A stretch of 55,035 nt of DNA from assembly GCF_001194135.2 (NCBI RefSeq), contig NC_069004.1:36106699-36161733 (forward strand), read 5' to 3'. Below the pieces are notes generated by a model, which ran no database searches, was not told where the DNA came from, and was given only the letters and a program-made list of their open reading frames with translations. Source of the DNA: Octopus bimaculoides (Eukaryota). Below are positions 12,298 through 23,196 of the stretch, piece after piece; the stretch's first letter is position 1, and every line of letters starts with the position of its first letter. Made by a program: the position numbers and the translations under genes.

Positions 12298-13579
12298 TAT
12301 TATTATATAAATATTGATAAAGGAAGCATTGAGCAACAAAGTGGTTCTTGGGTTTTCCTAGGTTCAGACTTCAGAAAAGATCTGGCAAGTTTTTGAACAA
12401 AAACCATCAAAAAATGATGTTATTTTAAACTAGAGAAAAAAATGACAGAGGGAAAAAAATCATTTTTATTCTCTCAGTTTTCTGTTTCTTGTACTTTGGA
12501 GCATTTATAGAAGAAGAACTACAAACATTTAGGAATTATCAATCAGTTTTTGAATGAATTGATGTTTGCTGTGAAAACCTTTGCTCAATGAACATGTACC
12601 TTGCTCTGTCCAGATAAATGTTTATCTGCTGTTGTTGACTTTCTCATATAACAATCAAATATCATAACAGAATTATGAAAATAGCAACTGGATTTTATTA
12701 GCCATAAAACTCTAACAAGATCTAAGCAAATTTTAATTGTTACTTTAAATTCTTTAAACTAACATTTTAGGTAAAAGTATGCATGGCTGACATTCATTAT
12801 GCAGTTCAGCTTGCTTACATATAGATATATATTTATACACACGTGCACACATACATGTGCAAGCACACACACACACACACAAACATATGCAATATATGTG
12901 TGTGGTGTGTGTGTGTGTATACACACGCACACACACACATATATATACACACACGCACACACATGATCATAAAATGCATTAACTCCTTCCCTACCATTCA
13001 TGACACCCCCATCCCTTCACCTTACATGTTGCTGGCCTTGTGATATTTTAGTGACATTTCTTTGAAAGGTTTTTTTATTTGTGCATTGTTTTTTTAATTA
13101 ACTGAGCATCACACGTACAGTCCGTTTCCAAATTTGACAGCAGTCTCCCCCCCACCACCACCACCACTCAGCCCAACACCGTACACACACAAGCATGTCT
13201 GCATAAATCTTGTTAACATTATATTGACACATCACACTTTTGCAAATGCATATAACTACACATGCACACATACACACACGTGTGTGCACACACACTCAAA
13301 TGCATATATATATGTACATATGCAAACACAACTATCCATGACTAATCACACTTCCTTTATGTCTGTCACACAGATACACACACATATATGTGTGTGTATC
13401 TGTCTGTCTGTCTATCTATCTGTCTATCTATCTGTCTGTCTGTCTATCTGTCTGTCTATCTATCTATCTGTCTATATATATATATATCAAATAATAAGCA
13501 ACGCGGATCTCAAAGGTGATTGCAGTACGCACGTTCCATGCTACTTCAATTTATTTAAGTAATGCGAGCATTACCTTAA

Positions 13580-13783
13580 ATGCAATATGAAGAGCAATCT
13601 TCAGCTGCACGAAAATGCAGAAAAAATTACTGTAGAAAAGACATATTATAAATGTGGCAACATTTCAAATCCAAGTGGGAGAGAGAATACATGAAAATCC
13701 AAATGTGAGGAAGAATACATAAGTCCATCTTGACATAGCCGAGTGCATTTTCGTGCAGCTGAAGATTGCTCTTCATATTGCAT
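13580..13783. repeat. MITE-like element with perfect 40-bp inverted repeats
   Basis: 13580-13619 atgcaatatgaagagcaatcttcagctgcacgaaaatgca is the exact reverse complement of 13744-13783; the right arm abuts an N-gap. Confidence 0.85.
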
Positions 13784-14043
13784 NNNNNNNNNNNNNNNNN
13801 NNNNNNNNNNNNNNNNNNNNNNNNNNNNNNNNNNNNNNNNNNNNNNNNNNNNNNNNNNNNNNNNNNNNNNNNNNNNNNNNNNNNNNNNNNNNNNNNNNNN
13901 NNNNNNNNNNNNNNNNNNNNNNNNNNNNNNNNNNNNNNNNNNNNNNNNNNNNNNNNNNNNNNNNNNNNNNNNNNNNNNNNNNNNNNNNNNNNNNNNNNNN
14001 NNNNNNNNNNNNNNNNNNNNNNNNNNNNNNNNNNNNNNNNNNN

Positions 14044-14100
<57 letters not shown>

Positions 14101-14860
14101 TATATATATATGTATGTATGTAAGTGTAAATACATATATGCATTATACGAGCAGGGTTGTCCTCCGATTTTGCACAGTCATTGCTTCTGCAAGTCACCCT
14201 ACAAAATGAAAAAGAAGTGATATATGCTTTGAACTATACTATCCATAAAAAAAAAGAAATAACAAACAAAACTTAAACAATTTTCTATTGAAATTGGGAT
14301 AAAAAATATGATTACAGGCTATGTGTGCATATATGTATGTGTGTGTGTGTGTGTGTGAGTGTGTGTTTGCACCAGTTTAAGAACCATCCTTATTTACATT
14401 AGACACTGCTGTACCTTAAGTCTTTCAAAAACAGTCATCTAACACCAGCATTATAGCAATGTGATTTGATCTTCAAATACTTTGAATTTCTAAATGTTTT
14501 TTTTTCTATTCTTAAAATATATCCTTAGTATTTGCTTCCAAAATCAACTGATTTCAATTACATTAAATGTTTCAAAGAATAGAAACCTGTTATTTTAGCA
14601 AATTGTAACACAAATTCTTCAGCAGTTTTCTCATCTTTTCCATGTTTCTGTTGCAATTTCATATAATCCAGAAAAGTTAAGGCACCAAACTAGAAGAATT
14701 GTTAGCATGATGGACAAAATATTTAGCGGCATTTCTTCTGACTCTCGTGAGTTGAAATTCTGCAGAGGTTGACTTTGTCTTTCATCTTTTTGAGATCAAT
14801 AAAATAAACACTAGCTTGGGTAGTATTCCAGATAAATATTGATATAATTCAATTATAAAG

Positions 14861-15325
14861 ATAAATTAAATACAGAGATATACTATTGACAATCCAGTAA
14901 TTTATCTATATTACAATATTGCATTAAATGCTATGAATATAATATATAGCATAACAATATTATATAGCAAAAATAATTATAAAAACCATAAAAGGCCAAC
15001 AAATTGTTTCGACTTATAGATATATATTTTTTCTGATATACATAATCCCAGTTCTATTATAAAGTCACTTCAGCCGTCCTTTCACATAGAATCTTGTCAT
15101 TTACTAAAGCCAAGCCCCTGGAATGACTTTATATATAAGGGAACTGTGATTATGGATATCAGAAAAAATATATAAGTCAAAACAATTTGTTGGCCTTTTA
15201 TGGTTTTTATAATTATTTATATAATATTATGTAATGTTATATATTATATTCATAGTGTTTAATGTAATATTGCACTATAAATAAATTATTGGATTGTCAA
15301 TAGTATATCTTTATATTTAATTTAT
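14861..15325. repeat. About 465-bp imperfect AT-rich palindrome (foldback/MITE-like)
   Basis: The left arm (ataaattaaa...tactattgacaatcc...aaaaccataaaaggccaacaaattgttt...aaagtcacttc) pairs with the right arm (ggaatgacttt...aaacaatttgttggccttttatggttttt...ggattgtcaatagta...tttaatttat); spacer about 45 nt. Confidence 0.88.
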
Positions 15326-15339
15326 ATATATACTCTTTT

Positions 15340-15680
15340 ACGCCTTTACTTGTTTCAGTCATTTGACTGCGGCCATGCTGGAGCACCGCCTTTAGTCAAG
15401 CAAATCGACCTCCAGGACTTATTCTTTGTAAGCCTAGTACTTATTCTATCAGTCTCTTTTGCCGAACCGCTAAGTTACGGGGACGTAAACACACCAGCAT
15501 CGGTTGTCAAGCGATGTTAGGGGGACAAACACAGACACACATACATATATATAAATACATATATACGACGGACTTCCTTCAGTTTCCGTCTACCAAATCC
15601 ATTTACAAGGCATTGGCCGGCCTGAGGCTATAGTAGAAGACACTTGCCCAAGGTGCCACGCAGTGGGAATGAACCCGGAA
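15340..15680 (-). mobile_element. tRNA-derived SINE, family A, truncated by a gap
   Basis: Near-consensus body cggccatgctggagcaccgcc...gaaccgctaagttacggggacgtaaacacacc...gacacttgcccaaggtgccacgcagtggg. Confidence 0.88.
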
Positions 15681-15904
15681 NNNNNNNNNNNNNNNNNNNN
15701 NNNNNNNNNNNNNNNNNNNNNNNNNNNNNNNNNNNNNNNNNNNNNNNNNNNNNNNNNNNNNNNNNNNNNNNNNNNNNNNNNNNNNNNNNNNNNNNNNNNN
15801 NNNNNNNNNNNNNNGTCAAGAAGACCCAAAGGTGCCAGGTAAGTGCTATGGACAAACTACAGTTAAACTCCACATTCAGTGATTATGTGAATGAGGAGAC
15901 CAAC

Positions 15905-15948
<44 letters not shown>

Positions 15949-16399
15949 TGCTTTTCAAAAAGACATCTTACTCTCAGCTACAATCATTGAACACTTAACC
16001 ACCACCATTTTTACTGTTGGTCATTTGATATTGAACTTTCACTTAGGTATTTTGTACCTTTTCTTTATGTTTATATTAGCAAGGTGTATATATGTGGGCG
16101 GGGGTGACTGCACACACACACACGAGAGAGAGAAAGTGTGTATACTATATATAGAAATTGTACCGCTGTATATTCACACATTGACATATATATATACCAT
16201 CGCACAGACACACACACAAGTACTGTAGAAGGACTTGAGGAAAGCCTTGTCCCAAACGCTGTTGCCCGTTACACTGAAGTTCTCACTGAAGATAGCAAAA
16301 TTATCCCCAACTTCTCTGCTGCAGTCAACACCACAATCACTGCAAATACTGTCGCCGTCACCACCAGCCGTTTTTGTGTTATAACCATCACAATTAACC

Positions 16400-16659
16400 A
16401 CACCAGTGTTGTTACTACTACTACTGACAACCTCCTCTACCTTTGCTGCTGCTGCTGCTGCCTCAACAATAACAACGCTCTCACTACTATCACGACCACG
16501 TCGACGACGACGACAAGCAATCAATAAGGACGACAGAGACGGCGTCGGTGACACTGTTGTCCAGTTAACTAAAGAAGGAGACATAAAATAAGGAAAAGCA
16601 GTGATTGTACCTTGAAGAGTTGTTGCGGATTAGAACGGCAGGCCACGCCTGAACAACAG
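16400..16659 (+). promoter_or_regulatory. Candidate promoter and non-coding first exon of the FRRS1-like gene
   Basis: Locally CpG-rich patch in CpG-poor DNA, ending in a consensus donor cag/gtaagt (GT at 16660). The start-codon exon has its own acceptor at 22901, so an upstream exon is needed. The 5' boundary is approximate. Confidence 0.5.
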
Positions 16660-18460
16660 GTAAGTCATCTTTTTTTTTATCGACGCTCAAAGAATATTAA
16701 TTAATCATAGCTTAGTTAATTAACAGAAGTTGGCGCCCGACTCAGCCAACTGATAACTATTTTATTTCATCAGCCCCAGAAGGATGGGAAAATCGTTTGC
16801 CTTGGCGTGATTTGAACTCAGAACGTAAAGAGTAGGAAGGAACAAACACGGCAGGTCTGTCCGACGCTCTAACGATTCTGATCATTCAGAAATAGTAATC
16901 CTTTCTACTATAGGCAGCACGAGGCCTGAAATGTTGAGGTAGGGGACCAGTGCTTGACTGGGACTTAATTTATTGACCACGAAAGGATGAAAGGTAAAGT
17001 CAAGCTGGGAGGAGTTTAGATGGTAAGGACGGACGAGATTCTGCTGAGCATTTTGTGGTAAACTTTCGAATCGGGGACGCTCACAAAAGTTGGATGGATT
17101 TTCTATATTTTTTACGGGAATTTTTCCAATTTCTTTTCTCGTTGCCGCCTTCGAAATGATTGCGGCGGAGAAGCATCTTTTCATGAAAAAACTTGGCACT
17201 ATCATGCTATTAGCTGTCAGAAGTGAAAGTGCTCACTGCTAGTGAAGTATCTGTCTGTCTGCCTGTCTGTTGCTGGCCTGTCGTTTTCCAAAACTTATCA
17301 CTTTTCCATCCTCACAACTTTCGGATCAATTTTGGCCAATTTTTTTGCCGCACTTAAGAACCACGGGAGAAGCATTATCAGTAAAAGAAAGAAATTTTAT
17401 AAATATTTTCAGATGAAAAGGTGTGTGATTTAAGGGAGGTTTTGCTGTTGTTTCTAGCACATNNNNNNNNNNNNNNNNNNNNNNNNNNNNNNNNNNNNNN
17501 NNNNNNNNNNNNNNNNNNNNNNNNNNNNNNNNNNNNNNNNNNNNNNNNNNNNNNNNNNNNNNNNNNNNNNNNNNNNNNNNNNNNNNNNNNNNNNNNNNNN
17601 NNNNNNNNNNNNNNNNNNNNNNNNNNNNNNNNNNNNNNNNNNNNNNNNNNNNNNNNNNNNNNNNNNNNNNNNNNNNNNNNNNNNNNNNNNNNNNNNNNNN
17701 NNNNNNNNNNNNNNNNNNNNNNNNNNNNNNNNNNNNNNNNNNNNNNNNNNNNNNNNNNNNNNNNNNNNNNNNNNNNNNNNNNNNNNNNNNNNNNNNNNNN
17801 NNNNNNNNNNNNNNNNNNNNNNNNNNNNNNNNNNNNNNNNNNNNNNNNNNNNNNNNNNNNNNNNNNNNNNNNNNNNNNNNNNNNNNNNNNNNNNNNNNNN
17901 NNNNNNNNNNNNNNNNNNNNNNNNNNNNNNNNNNNNNNNNNNNNNNNNNNNNNNNNNNNNNNNNNNNNNNNNNNNNNNNNNNNNNNNNNNNNNNNNNNNN
18001 NNNNNNNNNNNNNNNNNNNNNNNNNNNNNNNNNNNNNNNNNNNNNNNNNNNNNNNNNNNNNNNNNNNNNNNNNNNNNNNNNNNNNNNNNNNNNNNNNNNN
18101 NNNNNNNNNNNNNNNNNNNNNNNNNNNNNNNNNNNNNNNNNNNNNNNNNNNNNNNNNNNNNNNNNNNNNNNNNNNNNNNNNNNNNNNNNNNNNNNNNNNN
18201 NNNNNNNNNNNNNNNNNNNNNNNNNNNNNNNNNNNNNNNNNNNNNNNNNNNNNNNNNNNNNNNNNNNNNNNNNNNNNNNNNNNNNNNNNNNNNNNNNNNN
18301 NNNNNNNNNNNNNNNNNNNNNNNNNNNNNNNNNNNNNNNNNNNNNNNNNNNNNNNNNNNNNNNNNNNNNNNNNNNNNNNNNNNNNNNNNNNNNNNNNNNN
18401 NNNNNNNNNNNNNNNNNNNNNNNNNNNNNNNNNTTTAGGTTATTTCTCAGTTAATAAGAA

Positions 18461-19140
18461 CTGGGGTCGAATGCAGTTTCGCAGCTCTCCTTGAAAAATG
18501 CATTTTTTTTGTTTAAAGTTTTTTTTTTTCAGATTCCTGCGTTTTAGATGACGGTGATTCCGAATATGCAAGAAAACCACGTTTTGAAACTTTTAAATTC
18601 AGTAAGCATATAGATATGTGTATAAAGAGATAGATAGATATGAATGTCTTCCTGGGGCTAAAAACAACAGTAACACCGTCTTCTCCAAGGACAAATCTAT
18701 TTTATGAATAAATTGGACAGGGATAAATAGATAAATAAATGGATGAAAAAGTTTGAAAATTTAAAATTGGAAGAAGGGGTGAAACTTGAACCCCTTATTA
18801 AATTTTATTACATTAATCATTAAATATTAATGTTCGTTTCTCATAAAATGGTGTATATTTAATTTACATCATATTTACGATTATTTAAGGCAAACAAAAG
18901 TAAAACGCAAATTCACTTCACTTTAATGTTTTTGTCTGTACTTGATTTCCGTTTGCATTTGTTCTACAATTCGCTTCAATTTTTTTAAAGTAAACAAAAT
19001 CGAAAATTTAAATCGGGAGGGGAGGGGTAAAAGTTGTTTGCATCTTCGTAATCTCTGACATTTAAAACGTAAGAATCCGAAAATTTTTTTCCAAAAGATA
19101 CATTTTTCAAGGAGAGGTCCCAAACTACATTAGCCCCTAA
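18461..19140. mobile_element. Non-autonomous DNA transposon-like element with about 110-bp degenerate inverted repeats
   Basis: 18461-18571 (...ctctccttgaaaaatgca...gattcctgcgttttagatg...gaatatgcaa) matches the reverse complement of 19038-19140 (ttgcatcttcg...aaaacgtaagaatc...catttttcaaggagag...). Confidence 0.7.
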
Positions 19141-20499
19141 GAATGGTTTGTTATGGCTTAAAGCAGCCCTCAGTAAAATTTCCAGCAACCAAACAACTTT
19201 CACTTCTTTGCACAACAATCATTTTAAAGGAAATATTTAAAATAGACAGGTGAATTTTAATGAATTACACTGACAGAAGCCATTTAGGGGAAATCATTGG
19301 CGAGGTTCATTAGACAAATAATCAAACTCTTTGAATTTTATAAACTTATTATTAAAAGAAAATAGTAAAACCTTGTAAAAGTTTGTTAGAATTTCTAAAA
19401 AAACATCTGAATATGTTTCCTTTAAAAGAAACATTGATGCAAGAATTGAGGTTTTGTCATGGGAACCTGGTGGTAGTGGATTCTCACTGCTGGAGGGGTC
19501 TGTCATGCAGCAGTGGTGTTTGTTGCTTTTTGGCCAAGCTCTGTTCAACCTTTTTTAAAGATTCAATTAAAAAGGAAAAGTGAGGGTTAAGAGGGAAGTG
19601 CAATCTTCCAGAAAATTTGTTCAAAGCTAAATGAGGATGGCAAGCATGGCCTAAGTGATTGAGCCAACTCTGAGCAGGCACCTGTAGATTGGTGGACTAC
19701 TAAGGGAAGGCACTTGCCTCGGTGACCAGAGTGAGCATGGTTTTTGTGAGGGCTTTTCTCAGTAGCCCTTAGAGGTCTTTTACCACACTTTGGGGGAATT
19801 GATTTTCTTTGAATTTTTTTTTTTTAATTATTTTAATTTTTGCTGTTTTTCTTGTTTATACGTTTTTATTTACCTCCCCCCATCTCATCCTCAGTGTCTT
19901 TGTCAATCCTGGTGATCGATAAAAAAAATTATATCATTATTCATAGTATGCACACAAATGCGTTACATTTGGAATCAATGTTCTTGATACTGAGTCACAA
20001 ATAATTTCCTTGGATATTCAGAACGGTTTTTTTAATAATCCTGGGTAAGGGTTAGGTGCCTCATCTGGGATTCCACAGTCTGTGGCTCTTTTGCTGCAGC
20101 CTGTGACATTTGAGACACTTGAAGGGGCTGTATTAAAACTCAGTGTCCCCTAGTACATTGGAGGCTATGACAGACAAAAAGGATGCACATGAAGCTGAAA
20201 ATTTGAGTCTATGGAAACAATATTTGTACTAGATTTCATTATACAGGGAAATGGTTGCATAACCAAATACCTGCAAACCTGGAGAACTATGTTGCATGGA
20301 AACAAATTGTAGTGATTACAAATAAATGTTCCTTTATACTCCTTCTTGTTGACTGCAAGGAGAGAGACTTGGAGATGCCACTATGAAAGGTTGCTAAATA
20401 AAGAGAATGAATGGGAGAAAGTGAGTATGCCGAGGGAGCAGCTATCTGAATTGACAGGACCTTGGTAGATAAAGCAATTGAGGGTATGAAAACTGGGAG

Positions 20500-20631
20500 A
20501 GAGTCAGTCTTGATGAGATACAGTTTCGGTTTGCACCAGGGAGAAGCACCACTGATGCCTTATTTCTGGTAAGACAGCTTCGGGACAAATACCTAGCCAA
20601 AGATAAACCTCTGTACCAGGCTTTCGTTGAT
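20500..20631 (+). mobile_element. RTE-clade LINE reverse transcriptase fragment
   Basis: [44 protein letters not shown] matches the [20 protein letters not shown]...AFVD RT motif. Confidence 0.88.
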
Positions 20632-20651
20632 ATCTATCTATCTATCTATCT

Positions 20652-20717
<66 letters not shown>

Positions 20718-22191
20718 AGATAGATATATATACACATATATATATACGCATATATATATATGTATGTATGTATGCATATTCACAGAAACAAGCTTAGTTC
20801 TTCCCAACCAAACATAAAAGACATGTTAGGAAAAATGAAATGAAGAAATATATGCAACAATGACAATAATAATAATAAAGTGTATAATGTTGAATTGGTG
20901 GTTTTAATAATGAATGCTGAAAGGAAAGGCTAGTCTCACATGCACTCATACGTTTCTCGTGTGTGTGTATGTGTGTGAACACACATACACACAAGGTTTA
21001 TGTATCGTATTACATTGTCTTATATTGATTAATATTTTTATATGGCTTGGAAATTAGGAATACTTATAAATATTTTAAAATATTTTTAAACATTCATTAT
21101 ATTTTTGAAGTTTATGTGTTTTGATATGCCTGTGTACTTTTATTTCATTTTTGGTATTTTCGCCACTGAAAATTGTGTATAAATATTGATTCAAGGATGA
21201 TATGCACACACATGTATATTAAATCTTTTGTTTGAGATGGAGTATTGTTCCTATGGTCTTCCACCTTTATTGTCTCCATTGAAACTATAATTTGAACCTT
21301 AGCTCAATTTCAGCATTTCAACTCTAGCCTGTTTCTGAGTATTGTAATATTAACAATCTCTGTTTATAAAAAAAGTACAGTTTATATATATATATATATA
21401 TATATATNNNNNNNNNNNNNNNNNNNNNNNNNNNNNNNNNNNNNNNNNNNNNNNNNNNNNNNNNNNNNNNNNNNNNNNNNNNNNNNNNNNNNNNNNNNNN
21501 NNNNNNNNNNNNNNNNNNNNNNNNNNNNNNNNNNNNNNNNNNNNNNNNNNNNNNNNNNNNNNNNNNNNNNNNNNNNNNNNNNNNNNNNNNNNNNNNNNNN
21601 NNNNNNNNNNNNNNNNNNNNNNNNNNNNNNNNNNNNNNNNNNNNNNNNNNNNNNNNNNNNNNNNNNNNNNNNNNNNNNNNNNNNNNNNNNNNNNNNNNNN
21701 NNNNNNNNNNNNNNNNNNNNNNNNNNNNNNNNNNNNNNNNNNNNNNNNNNNNNNNNNNNNNNNNNNNNNNNNNNNNNNNNNNNNNNNNNNNNNNNNNNNN
21801 NNNNNNNNNNNNNNNNNNNNNNNNNNNNNNNNNNNNNNNNNNNNNNNNNNNNNNNNNNNNNNNNNNNNNNNNNNNNNNNNNNNNNNNNNNNNNNNNNNNN
21901 NNNNNNNNNNNNNNNNNNNNNNNNNNNNNNNNNNNNNNNNNNNNNNNNNNNNNNNNNNNNNNNNNNNNNNNNNNNNNNNNNNNNNNNNNNNNNNNNNNNN
22001 NNNNNNNNNNNNNNNNNNNNNNNNNNNNNNNNNNNNNNNNNNNNNNNNNNNNNNNNNNNNNNNNNNNNNNNNNNNNNNNNNNNNNNNNNNNNNNNNNNNN
22101 NNNNNNNNNNNNNNNNNNNNNNNNNNNNNNNNNNNNNNNNNNNNNNNNNNNNNNNNNNNNNNNNNNNNNNNNNNNNNNNNNNNNNNNNNNN

Positions 22192-22246
<55 letters not shown>

Positions 22247-22267
22247 GCATACATACATACATATATG

Positions 22268-22351
22268 CTGAACCACTAAGTTATGGGAATGTAAACACAA
22301 CATCAGTTGTCAAGAGATGGGGGACAAACACAGATACACACACAGACATAA

Positions 22352-22382
<31 letters not shown>

Positions 22383-22830
22383 AAGGCGCATGGCTCAGTG
22401 GTTAAGGTGCTGCACTCACGATTGCGAGATCGTGGGTTCGATTCCCAGACCAGGCATTGCGTTATGTTCTTGAGCAAAGCGCTTCATTTCACATTGCTCT
22501 GCAATCATTTCATCATCTGACATGCAGCAGCACCCATTGCACCTGTGCAGATAATGTCGATTTGATGGAGGGAGTGATCTTATGTGGACACAAACATTTG
22601 ATCACGGCAAACAAATCGTTTGTGTGGTTGTTTGGTAAGAAACTCTCAAATCCTCATATATCGTTTAATGATGGATAAGCCCATTATATATATATGATGG
22701 GCTTCTTTCAGTTTCTTTCACCAAATCCACTCACAAGGCTTTGGTTGGCCCATGGCTATAGTAGAAGACACTTGCCCAAGGTGCTATGCAGCAGGACTGA
22801 ACCTGGAACCATGTTGTTGGGAGGCAATAT
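22268..22830 (-). mobile_element. Family A SINE interrupted at its microsatellite by a + strand tRNA/CORE-type SINE (about 22385-22680)
   Basis: Family A text stops at (TG)n near 22380 and resumes at 22695; the insert has A-box tggctcagtggtt and B-box ggttcgattcc. Confidence 0.8.
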
Positions 22831-22982
22831 ATTTATTTATATAATCTTGCTGCTTTTTTACATTTAATATTCTTTATTTATATCTTTGTTCTATTCTCTA
22901 GTGTTGGTCATCTGGATGAAAGAAAGCACTTGGATGCTATAAAAACAACTTTAGTTTGGGATTTTTGAAGCTTTCTGCCATA

Positions 22983-23196
22983 ATGTCTCCTGGTCGTGAA
23001 GCTCTCCATTTAACAGCATTGGTGATAACTTTACTCGTAGGCCTCTATGTGCCCACAGTAATATCACGTTCTAATGGTGCACCAAATTGTGAAGACTTAG
23101 CACCAAAACATCATAATAAAGTTGCTCAAACATCAGATCCACCGTATTCAGTTGATTTCTCTCCTCAAGATTTTAAAGGTGGAGACACTATTACAG
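22983..23196 (+). CDS. FRRS1: FRRS1-like coding exon 1: signal peptide and Reeler start ([44 protein letters not shown]...DTIT)
   Basis: Acceptor ttctctag ends at 22901 (exon begins 22902 and includes 5'UTR); ATG at 22983; hydrophobic leader; donor ag/gtatgt at 23197, phase 1. Confidence 0.88.

Noticed and set aside
16138-16591. Overlapping 129-, 136- and 61-aa ORFs in the CpG-rich patch
   Set aside because: Driven by (ACT/GCT/ACG)n triplets, with no recognisable domain; better explained as promoter/UTR sequence
16590-16613. CAGTGA loop in the putative 5'UTR exon of an iron-related gene, a possible iron-responsive element
   Set aside because: No bulged C five bases upstream, and the upper stem (aaaag/ttgta) has two mismatches; it does not fit the IRE consensus
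22956-22982. TTG start given by the ORF track for exon 1
   Set aside because: The in-frame ATG at 22983 directly precedes the signal peptide; a non-AUG start is unnecessary
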